Part shown: positions 1 through 7,673 of the stretch, in pieces
Layout of the letters: every line of letters begins with the position of its first letter
Position numbering within the stretch: the stretch's first letter is position 1
From: a virus
Lineage: Duplodnaviria; Caudoviricetes
Direction: 5' to 3' (one strand)
Virus record (IMG/VR): IMGVR_UViG_3300025375_000020
Location: 1 to 25,830 of that record
Length of the DNA: 25,830 bases
Notes under the pieces: generated by a model
What the model saw: only the letters and a program-made list of their open reading frames with translations
Databases searched by the model: none
What the model was told of the DNA's origin: nothing
Translations under genes and position numbers: made by a program

Positions 1-271
1 GGGATGTAATCTTGTCATTAGTCTTCGTCATACCCGCTTTATATTTTTCAACATGCTTTTTATCAGCATCAGAAGACTTTGATGGCTTATGTTCTTTTTC
101 AGCTTCCCAATCACTCGCACTTTCCGATTGTGTAACCAACCCTTGGGCTATTTCTTGTTTTTTAGCGTCAATATGCGCGGATACTTTATCGTGAATTGCT
201 GCATACATGGCTTGTCTAAAATCAACTGCATTATCATTTGCAGCATAGTCGATTAAATTTCTTGCGTTCAT
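1..271 (-). CDS. gp67-like prohead core protein (3'-truncated at window edge)
   Basis: Not in the ORF track. ATG at 271 with AGGAG 9 nt upstream; open frame MNARNLIDYAANDNAVDFRQAMYAAIHDKVSAHIDAKKQEIAQGL... runs off the window. Lies directly after gp20, where T4-like phages encode gp67. Confidence 0.65.
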   Translation of the reverse strand, partial: MNARNLIDYAANDNAVDFRQAMYAAIHDKVSAHIDAKKQEIAQGLVTQSESASDWEAEKEHKPSKSSDADKKHVEKYKAGMTKTNDKITS

Positions 272-286
272 TTTATTGTTCTCCTG

Positions 287-1984
287 TTAACCATTTAAGG
301 CACGTTTTACTATATTTAGAGTCGGCTCAATCTCTTCTTTTTTTACTTGTTTTTTGATCAATTTTGCCTGTTGAATTGCGGCTTGTGATTGTGTCTCTCT
401 GTCCAATTCAGCTTTATGTTCAGAGTCCTCTTGACCAATATTAGAAACCATTTGTTGTTGTGCAACGTCATTCATAACGGACATTGGCAATCCTTCGCCA
501 GCTTCTTTTTCTTCTTCAATTTCAGATGCCATTTTACTGATTTCATCATCAGTCAATCTCAGAACATTTCTTTGAATCCAAGCCTGAGAAAAGTATCGTC
601 CAGTGTATGGATCAACTTCCTGCAACAAACTTAAACGCTCTTTCATTAATTCAGCTTCTTTTAGCTCAGAGAAGTTGTTATCTTTAATAAAATTGTAGTG
701 TATGTGTTCTTTGAATTCTTGCCATTCATCATCTGTACAAATTCCTTTAAGCACACACTGTACTCTAAGGCATTGATCAAACAAATCTGAAAATTTGGCT
801 CGCATTCGGCCAACAAATTTAGCAAACTTTAATTCATCCCTAGTTATTTCGCCAACTCTACCTAAAGAAAATCCTGAACTATTTGGGTCCAATCTAGAAA
901 CAGGAACGTTCAACGACTTGTATAATTTCTTTTCAAAATATTTAACGTCTTCTAGTTCACCAAGATTTTGTCCACCGGGAAGTGTTGTAATTTCAGTTCC
1001 TTTGCCACCTTCTCTACGAGGCAACCAAAAGTCTTCCATCATTGACATAAATTTTCTATCATCACGAACTTCACCTGTATTTGCATCATATACAAGTTTA
1101 TTTTTATACTTTACCATAATATCACGCAGATATTGTTCGGCTTTTAACTTAGGTAAGTTACCAACGTCAATGTAAAAAATTCTACGCTCAGGGGCGCGTG
1201 AAATACGGTAAATCACCGTGGCATCTTCAATCATTCTAAGTTGATTGAGTGGTTTGATTGCTTTGTGTAAATAAGACAGTACAACGGCCCTACGGGAGTC
1301 CATAAGACCTGATACGATAGATACTATAGAGTCTGTGGTGATTCTAGTTCCTACAGGCCCGTAGTTCGATGATGAGCCTGTAGATACCTTATCATTAAAG
1401 ATGTAATATTCATTTACAGTGTTTACTACTTCAACTCCTGTACGGTCATCTTTTTGCTTTTTAACTTCACGGATTTTTTTTAATTTTCTGGGGTCTATGT
1501 ATCTTAATTCTTTAACCCCTTGTGTTGGAGCCTCTTTATCCACAATTACATGATAATAAAGCTTTCCATCGACATAATATCGTCTGAAAATATCCTGAGC
1601 CATGTCGGTGTAATTCAAAAGTCGTAGTATTGTATTGAATTCGGTCTTGATAGCTTCTTTAATTTTTGTAGGTTGCTTAAGATCATCTAGGACAATTTGA
1701 ATAATTTTTCCATCATCATCTTGGCAAATTGCTTCATTTACAATATCATCAATCGCAGATTCAATTTCTGGTTGCATCGCCATTTCTCTATATCTAGATA
1801 TTAGCTCAACTTCATTTTTCGCAGAACCATCCATGTCAACATATGTGCCGTAGTATGCAGCACTAGTTATAGTTAAAGCCCCATCATCCGCAGAAGGTGG
1901 AGTAAATGATTGTGTAGCTTCTTGGTCTTCATTCTTTGATATAGTAAAACCAAAAAGTGAAAATTTTGAATTGGGTCCGGCCAT
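287..1984 (-). CDS. gp20: T4-like portal protein gp20
   Basis: Conserved gp20 motifs LRMIEDATVIYRISRAPERRIFYIDVGNLPK and EDFWLPRREGGKGTEITTLPGGQNLG; synteny after gp19. Confidence 0.97.
   Translation of the reverse strand: MAGPNSKFSLFGFTISKNEDQEATQSFTPPSADDGALTITSAAYYGTYVDMDGSAKNEVELISRYREMAMQPEIESAIDDIVNEAICQDDDGKIIQIVLDDLKQPTKIKEAIKTEFNTILRLLNYTDMAQDIFRRYYVDGKLYYHVIVDKEAPTQGVKELRYIDPRKLKKIREVKKQKDDRTGVEVVNTVNEYYIFNDKVSTGSSSNYGPVGTRITTDSIVSIVSGLMDSRRAVVLSYLHKAIKPLNQLRMIEDATVIYRISRAPERRIFYIDVGNLPKLKAEQYLRDIMVKYKNKLVYDANTGEVRDDRKFMSMMEDFWLPRREGGKGTEITTLPGGQNLGELEDVKYFEKKLYKSLNVPVSRLDPNSSGFSLGRVGEITRDELKFAKFVGRMRAKFSDLFDQCLRVQCVLKGICTDDEWQEFKEHIHYNFIKDNNFSELKEAELMKERLSLLQEVDPYTGRYFSQAWIQRNVLRLTDDEISKMASEIEEEKEAGEGLPMSVMNDVAQQQMVSNIGQEDSEHKAELDRETQSQAAIQQAKLIKKQVKKEEIEPTLNIVKRALNG
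313..320 (-). promoter_or_regulatory. T4-type late promoter variant (TCTAAATA) for the gp67-like gene
   Basis: CTAAATA about 40 nt upstream of the ATG at 271; variant of the gp55 consensus TATAAATA. Confidence 0.4.
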
Positions 1985-2024
1985 TATATAATTTCTTTCA
2001 CAGTTGAATCCGTATTGGATGTAG

Positions 2025-2032
2025 TATTTAGT
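2025..2032 (-). promoter_or_regulatory. T4-type late promoter variant (ACTAAATA) for gp20
   Basis: Intergenic, 40 nt upstream of the gp20 ATG; a TATAAATG variant also lies at 2038-2045. Confidence 0.5.
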
Positions 2033-2050
2033 ACACTCATTTATAATAGT

Positions 2051-2075
2051 AGAAGGGGACTAGCCCCTTCTTTTT
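2051..2075. terminator. Intrinsic terminator-like hairpin after gp19
   Basis: AGAAGGGG-actag-CCCCTTCT 8-bp stem just after the gp19 stop. The T-run is on the + side; the minus-strand tail is weaker. Confidence 0.7.
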
Positions 2076-2076
2076 A

Positions 2077-2658
2077 TTACGTTGTTGCGGCTGAAGTCCA
2101 GTATTGGTAAGCAAATGTGACAGTAAATTCTTCTATAGTATCATTTGTTCCCCAATCCATATCAATAGGAGAGATATCAACAGGATACATACCATAGAAG
2201 TTGTAACTTTTCAATACTCCCGGTTGAGTTTCCCCAACATTTGTATTGCTTCCATTTTTGCTATATTGATTGATTAAACCTTGCGTGGTATATGAAACTG
2301 GTGATACATTTCCACCAGATCGCACATTACTAGCGTTACCGTTGATTGCATTCATCCACTCTTCAATGGCATTTCTTATCTTGAAGGATTCATCATTGAT
2401 AACAGTGACAGTCCAATCGGCAAATGTTCGATTACCCGGAAATTTCATTTCTCTTCCAAAGTAATAAACAGGAACTGTACCAATAGTTGAACCGGGTAAT
2501 TGTGCGGCCTTAGCCATAAATGAAAATGAGTCAGCATCTAAAACAGTTGATGTTTGTAATGCCGTTGGTGGTGTTAAAATAACTTGGAACAGGTTTGGTC
2601 TTGCTCCATCCCCCACAAAGTTTGATCTAAAACTGTCGATTTGAAATGGTGTTGCCAT
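2077..2658 (-). CDS. gp19: T4-like tail tube protein gp19
   Basis: GARPNLFQV, KAAQLPGS, GREMKFPGNRTFADWTVTVINDE and IEEFTVTFAYQYW motifs; follows sheath gene. Confidence 0.95.
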   Translation of the reverse strand: MATPFQIDSFRSNFVGDGARPNLFQVILTPPTALQTSTVLDADSFSFMAKAAQLPGSTIGTVPVYYFGREMKFPGNRTFADWTVTVINDESFKIRNAIEEWMNAINGNASNVRSGGNVSPVSYTTQGLINQYSKNGSNTNVGETQPGVLKSYNFYGMYPVDISPIDMDWGTNDTIEEFTVTFAYQYWTSAATT

Positions 2659-2679
2659 TATTTTCTCCTAATTATCTTT

Positions 2680-2687
2680 TATTTATT
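2680..2687 (-). promoter_or_regulatory. Late promoter variant (AATAAATA) for gp19
   Basis: Overlaps the gp18 stop, 21 nt upstream of the gp19 ATG, which has an AGGAG RBS. Confidence 0.5.
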
Positions 2688-4458
2688 ACGCTTGACCAAC
2701 AACAGTAGAAAAGTTAACACCGACACCAACTGCAGTAAAATTCAACTGAATATAATTGATTGATTTTGCTGGTTGAATATATATATCGCCAACAAACTGA
2801 TTGGAATTAACTACCGATGGTGTGTTGTTTGTAGCGTCACAAACAACCTTGAAGGAAGTAATACCACGCTGTCCTTGAATTTGTGTCAAGAAAGGTGTGA
2901 CCAAAGCAACAAATTGTGCCTGAGTGAACTGATCATTGAATTCAAACAATGAATATTGTGCTGCTTTAGAAATTGCTTGTTCAAGTACAATAAACAATCT
3001 ACGGACATTAATTCTGTCGAATGCGGATGGTTTAGTTTGCATTGTTTTGTCACCAAATAATACAGTACCATTTCCGGGGAATGATGCAACAGGGTTTATA
3101 CCATATGGATAAATTGCATCTCTCATTGGCTTTGTTGGATTCCATGCCAATTTTGTTACATTCTTGATTACACCGCGATTAAAACCAGCAGGAGACCACC
3201 AAGGAGCATTTGTGGAATCTGTAGTTACACACAATCCTGCAGTGTCCCCATTCAATGGAACCCAGCGATATGTATTATTATATCGATCAAACATATACTT
3301 CCATCCAGAATCAGCAAATCCATAGCTTCCTGTTGGACCACCCGTAATAGAAGATAGTCCATTAAACCATGAAATAACACTAGTTTGTTCATTTCCGGAA
3401 TTATTAACTACTGCAGATTGTGGTGGAGATACAAAACACACACAATCTTTTCTACCTGCGGCAATATTTATTGCATTTTGTTGAACTGTTGCATCCCAAG
3501 GACCAGTCATCAACAGAGAAACTTGTGAATAAATAGGATCAGATAATAAAGTGTAAGAACTTACAATATCACCATCTGTTGGATACACTTCAGTTCCTTT
3601 ACTTAATGTAATAGACTGTGGCCCATTTAACGTAGCAAATGCCACATTAGCTGTTGTTTGTCCCCATGAATTTGCTTGACCATTGTTTGATGTATAGTTT
3701 ATTTGGTCAACGGCATAAATGTAAGATGATGTATTGAAAATTGCAGTTTTGTAATAATTCGTAACCCCATTTTTGTCTACATTATCTGTCGATTTAGATA
3801 AGAATGGAAAAACTTCCAAAACAGTTCCTTGTGTACCAGAAATTAGTCCACCTGTATCAACAACTGCAATATGCAGTTCATCGTTAACAGAACCAAGTTG
3901 AGATGCATTATAAGAAGTTCCGGGTGCGGTTCCAAAAAATCCAGCCAGTGCCACATTAGCATATGGATACCCAGTAGAATTTAAAACAGGAACACTCCAA
4001 TTACTGAATTGTGCAGAATTCGCTCCGCCATCTAAAACTGCAATAGTTATGGAATTACCAAGAATACCGGGATATCTTGCAACAAATGGACCAAATGTAT
4101 TTGCAGAACCAGATGGTAAATATGTATATTGAAAAGCTTGTGCATTCTGAATTTGCACGTTTGCAGTCCCAGAAGATGTTGCATTATATGTTGCGCTATT
4201 TGCTGTACGAACCAAATTTAAGTTATTTCCATAAGATAAAAATGAAGCTGCAGTAAACCAAGAGTTTGCGTTAGTGTTATTTGGTTTTCCAAAAGTAGAA
4301 ACCATTACTTGTTCTGTGCTTGTTGGGATTATAGAGTTTACTGGTCCCCAAGCAAAGGGACCGACATAAGCACCAGCAGTAGTTAAAACGGAAGGGACAA
4401 TAGTTGTCAGATTCACTTCGTTTATGCCAACTCCCGGAGATAGTTGAGAAATAGCCAT
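2686..4458 (-). CDS. gp18: T4-like contractile tail sheath protein gp18
   Basis: N-terminal LSPGV...GPFAWGP; C-terminal WWSPAGFNRG, LFGDKT, SAFDRINVRRLF, FEFND and IYIQPAKSINYIQLNF. Confidence 0.97.
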   Translation of the reverse strand: MAISQLSPGVGINEVNLTTIVPSVLTTAGAYVGPFAWGPVNSIIPTSTEQVMVSTFGKPNNTNANSWFTAASFLSYGNNLNLVRTANSATYNATSSGTANVQIQNAQAFQYTYLPSGSANTFGPFVARYPGILGNSITIAVLDGGANSAQFSNWSVPVLNSTGYPYANVALAGFFGTAPGTSYNASQLGSVNDELHIAVVDTGGLISGTQGTVLEVFPFLSKSTDNVDKNGVTNYYKTAIFNTSSYIYAVDQINYTSNNGQANSWGQTTANVAFATLNGPQSITLSKGTEVYPTDGDIVSSYTLLSDPIYSQVSLLMTGPWDATVQQNAINIAAGRKDCVCFVSPPQSAVVNNSGNEQTSVISWFNGLSSITGGPTGSYGFADSGWKYMFDRYNNTYRWVPLNGDTAGLCVTTDSTNAPWWSPAGFNRGVIKNVTKLAWNPTKPMRDAIYPYGINPVASFPGNGTVLFGDKTMQTKPSAFDRINVRRLFIVLEQAISKAAQYSLFEFNDQFTQAQFVALVTPFLTQIQGQRGITSFKVVCDATNNTPSVVNSNQFVGDIYIQPAKSINYIQLNFTAVGVGVNFSTVVGQA

Positions 4459-4510
4459 TTGTGTCTTCTCCTTGAAATATTCTGTTATTTGGTATTAGTT
4501 ACCATGAGAG

Positions 4511-4518
4511 TATTTATA
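4511..4518 (-). promoter_or_regulatory. T4 late promoter consensus TATAAATA for gp18
   Basis: Exact TATAAATA in the terL-gp18 intergenic region, about 52 nt upstream of the ATG. Confidence 0.8.
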
Positions 4519-4529
4519 GAACATTATTT

Positions 4530-5786
4530 TTATAGATTTCTCATCATATCTCTAAAAAAACCATCATAAACACCACCACCTGATGTAGAATCCCACAAAT
4601 CCCCGTCAAAAAGTTCCAAGTGCTCTGAATATGGGCTATCTATTATGGGCGCTACCAATGTATCTTCATCAACTTGATTCAACACTTCAAGTTGCATTTG
4701 TTTTCTGATATCAAGTGAAACAATTTCTTTGAAGTATTTTTGTGTAGACGCCCAAGAGAATAACACCAGTGTCATCACCAAATCGTCATTTGACCCCTCT
4801 TCTGCTGCAAATGAATTCTTATCTGCAATGAATGTGGTTAGTTCCGATATGGTATCAAAATCATTTATTATGAGTTTATTGGACTCAACCATCATTTTCA
4901 TATTTGAGCAGCCAATGCGTTTAACTTGTGGAGACATTTTCACGCCAAGCTGAACACCTCTGGCAAACCCAGCAGATAATTGTTGTGGTTTTTTATTCCC
5001 TGTAAACACTTTCCAAAGATTCTCATACTCTAACTCAGAATGTAATGTATCAGCAACTTGTGGTGTGTTGTTTATTTCTACTAATATAAATGCGTCATTA
5101 TACAATCTTGCGGCATTGTAAATTATTGTTGGAAATAATACAGGAGAAATTGAAGAACTGTGGTATGATGCTACTTGTTTATATGGTATTTGTGAAATAT
5201 CAAAAACAGAAAATGCAGAAGAATCTAAATTTTTTCCTTCAGATACATCCACAGTCATGCAGTACATATGATCTTTTTGATTGGCGTCGTCCATTTTAAT
5301 TGGACGTTCAAAAATCTTAACTTTGTCGTGTTCATATACTGGTTCATTGTACACTAGTTGTTGAAGTTTTTCACCTGAAATTAGTGTATTTGTGGAACCA
5401 AGGAATTCACAATTATGTGATACTATTCCATTTGAGTAGTATAAATGTTTAGTTCCAGAGTTAACAATATCATAAAGGTGGATTTTTCTTTTTATGTGTC
5501 GCTTAGACGTGATAAAACACCCATCAAATTTATTTTCAATGAGTATTTTTTTGTTTAGATTCTTTGCCCTTACTATACCATCTATAGTCATTAGAGGGTG
5601 ATCCTCTGAGCATTTTAGTTCTGTACCGTCTGTAAACTTTAAGTGGATATAAGAGTCTTTAGTAATCTTATTGACCCCCAGAAAGTCAACAAAGCCTTCT
5701 GGGGATTCTATTTTTAGTTTTTTGTGGTTAAGGACTATTGAAGTAGGAAGGTTAGACATTATGTTCTTCCTCAGAAAACTTTTCAT
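4530..5786 (-). CDS. terL: Terminase large subunit fragment 3: split-intein-2 C-fragment + nuclease domain
   Basis: N-terminal Hint segment ending YYSNGIVSHN, followed by CEFLGSTNTLI and RNase H-like nuclease motifs (TVDVSEG, VEINN, NDDLVM). Alternative start at 5759 (MSNLPT, GAGG 9 nt upstream). Confidence 0.93.
   Translation of the reverse strand: MKSFLRKNIMSNLPTSIVLNHKKLKIESPEGFVDFLGVNKITKDSYIHLKFTDGTELKCSEDHPLMTIDGIVRAKNLNKKILIENKFDGCFITSKRHIKRKIHLYDIVNSGTKHLYYSNGIVSHNCEFLGSTNTLISGEKLQQLVYNEPVYEHDKVKIFERPIKMDDANQKDHMYCMTVDVSEGKNLDSSAFSVFDISQIPYKQVASYHSSSISPVLFPTIIYNAARLYNDAFILVEINNTPQVADTLHSELEYENLWKVFTGNKKPQQLSAGFARGVQLGVKMSPQVKRIGCSNMKMMVESNKLIINDFDTISELTTFIADKNSFAAEEGSNDDLVMTLVLFSWASTQKYFKEIVSLDIRKQMQLEVLNQVDEDTLVAPIIDSPYSEHLELFDGDLWDSTSGGGVYDGFFRDMMRNL
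5412..5786 (-). mobile_element. Split intein 2, IntC (116-125 aa depending on start)
   Basis: Block B KCSEDHPL, block F LYDIVN, block G SHN, then Cys+1 at 5409-5411; resembles the AceL/GOS TerL atypically split intein family. Confidence 0.92.
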
Positions 5787-6759
5787 ATAATGTTCCTATA
5801 GGAATTGATTCTCCATTAATGTTGATCAAAGTATCACAAGAAAGACTCTCAAATTCTTGTCTAAATTGTTCTATGCTAGTATTTTTAATGGTTTCTTCAC
5901 GCCACTCTTCGGTACGTCCGGGAACCATAGACCAATGGATCGAGAACGGCTTGTAGCCGTTTTTCTTACCCAAGGCATCCATCCATAGCTTATAGAACAA
6001 ATTCATCCCGTTAGGGGTCGATACAATGATAATTTTGGTAGTCTTACCTGAAGAAATAACTGGGTATACAGAGTTGAAGAATTCGTGTTGGATGTTGGCT
6101 GGAACAAAACCAAACTCATCAAGTAGAACGCAATTGAATGATCCTCCGCGAACTGCAGACGATGATGTTGATGACGCTAAAATTTTAGAACCATTTTCAA
6201 GTTCGATAGAGCCTTTGTTCCATGACACCACGCCTTGTTGCAACCAAGGTGGTAAATTTTCGTATGCTAATTGATACTTAGCTAGAATATCTCTGGCTAA
6301 TGATCCTTTATTGGCAAGAACTGCTACGTTTTGAGAATCTGAGAATAGCGTAAGCCAGAGTAAAAATGCAACCGAAGTTGTTGTATTGTGTGATAGAATG
6401 CCATTGGTGTACATTCTATGATCATCAGAATCCACAGTAAGGTCAAACATGTTGCTAGATTTGTCTAGTTTTTTAACATGAGTGACCATCTGTATCCCAT
6501 TGATTGTCATAATATAAGACTTGTATGGTATCAAATCTTTGACATATACTTCATTCATTTTATCATCAAAGACTATATGATCATCTGCACAGACTAAATC
6601 AAGCCCATCACATGTTGACAATTCCCATTCAACATATTCAATTGTTTTATGTATGTGTGTTACAGGAACCCAACCAGTATCAGATTCAATTTCCCACTCA
6701 TCATCTAGTGTAATGGAGTCTATGAATTTTCGGTCTATTGTCTCAGAAAGTTTAGACAT
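5752..6759 (-). CDS. terL: Terminase large subunit fragment 2: IntC-1 + ATPase core + IntN-2
   Basis: Residues 1-125 are an intein C-fragment ending SHN; 126-304 are the ATPase extein (TTT, VLANK, Walker B VLLDE, IIVSTPNG, FRQEFE); 305-335 are a short intein N-fragment. Confidence 0.94.
   Translation of the reverse strand: MSKLSETIDRKFIDSITLDDEWEIESDTGWVPVTHIHKTIEYVEWELSTCDGLDLVCADDHIVFDDKMNEVYVKDLIPYKSYIMTINGIQMVTHVKKLDKSSNMFDLTVDSDDHRMYTNGILSHNTTTSVAFLLWLTLFSDSQNVAVLANKGSLARDILAKYQLAYENLPPWLQQGVVSWNKGSIELENGSKILASSTSSSAVRGGSFNCVLLDEFGFVPANIQHEFFNSVYPVISSGKTTKIIIVSTPNGMNLFYKLWMDALGKKNGYKPFSIHWSMVPGRTEEWREETIKNTSIEQFRQEFESLSCDTLININGESIPIGTLYEKFSEEEHNV
5755..5847 (-). mobile_element. Split intein 2, IntN (31 aa, Ser1)
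   Basis: SLSCDTLININGESIPIGTLYEKFSEEEHNV follows FRQEFE; block-A-like pattern starting with Ser (AGT at 5847-5845). Confidence 0.85.
6385..6759 (-). mobile_element. Split intein 1, IntC (125 aa)
   Basis: Block B LVCADDHIVF, block F MFDLTV, block G YTNGILSHN, then Thr+1 at 6382-6384. Confidence 0.92.
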
Positions 6760-7673
6760 TTATCAATTGTTCCTTGTTTATCATTTTTAAAATCATATTC
6801 TTTTATGTGAAGAACTTTATAGCCATTACTTCTAAGAATTTCATCCCGTGTAGATTCTCGTTCCTTGTTTCCCCGCCCAACCTCACCGTGCCAATATGTT
6901 CCATCAAACTCAATAATCTTTTTACTTTCAATATCTATAAAATCTGGAAGTATTACTTTATCTAATGTAAGCCTAACTTCATTATTCACTCCCGAATAAT
7001 CTGGCTTTTTATCTTCCCCAAGTTGAGCAAAGAAAATGGTGGATAGGTCTTTTAATTGTGCAGAAATATTCCAGAACAATACCTGTGAAATTTTACTAAA
7101 TGTACTTTTCTTGTATGATTTATGCCACTTTTCTTGCCTTGCTAACCAAACCCTTTGACCTTCAACTTCACCATGACGCTCTATACATTTTACTAGATTG
7201 AATGTTGTTTGCCTATCTTTATATAGTTCTTCTGCCAGTGCAATATCCCCATCACACTTTTCAATCCAATATTTAAGTTTCGTTTGGTCTGAATTATTGT
7301 CGATCTTCGTTTTTTTAACTTTTGCAAATACCTCTTCCCTATCAGTTGTATCTGCATAAATGAATTTCTTTGAATATGGACTGAGTGTTCCACCATGTTG
7401 ATATGCTGGATTTTTGTTTCCTTTTACTCTATCTCTGGATGATTGGCTTTTTACTGAATCAACATTGTGTTTAAGTTTGTATTCATCAATTGTCATCCCA
7501 TGTTTTATGGTGATGTGCGTGGCAAGTTCCGAGCTATGGAATCCACATTCTTTACATGCTATGTAGTCAACACCTTCAATTTTTCCTTCATATTTTGCAT
7601 TACGTTTTTCTTGCTGTTGTTTAAGAACCTTTTCCTTGTTCTTTTCGTAGTATGTTAGCTTTTTCTCTGTCAT
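6735..7673 (-). CDS. Free-standing homing endonuclease, Vsr/DUF559-like (EDxHD-type) with N-terminal C2H2 zinc finger
   Basis: CKEC...HITIKHGMTIDEY zinc-finger-like motif; KGNKNPAY NUMOD-like motif; C-terminal PDF...IIEFDGTYWH...RD...GYKVLHI nuclease signature; lies between the halves of intein 1. Confidence 0.85.
   Translation of the reverse strand: MTEKKLTYYEKNKEKVLKQQQEKRNAKYEGKIEGVDYIACKECGFHSSELATHITIKHGMTIDEYKLKHNVDSVKSQSSRDRVKGNKNPAYQHGGTLSPYSKKFIYADTTDREEVFAKVKKTKIDNNSDQTKLKYWIEKCDGDIALAEELYKDRQTTFNLVKCIERHGEVEGQRVWLARQEKWHKSYKKSTFSKISQVLFWNISAQLKDLSTIFFAQLGEDKKPDYSGVNNEVRLTLDKVILPDFIDIESKKIIEFDGTYWHGEVGRGNKERESTRDEILRSNGYKVLHIKEYDFKNDKQGTIDKCLNFLRQ

Noticed and set aside
5793-5804. 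12-bp palindrome TTCCTATAGGAA covering the AGGA before ATG 5786
   Set aside because: Only a 4-bp stem with a viable loop; too weak to call regulatory, though it might favour the 5759 start.
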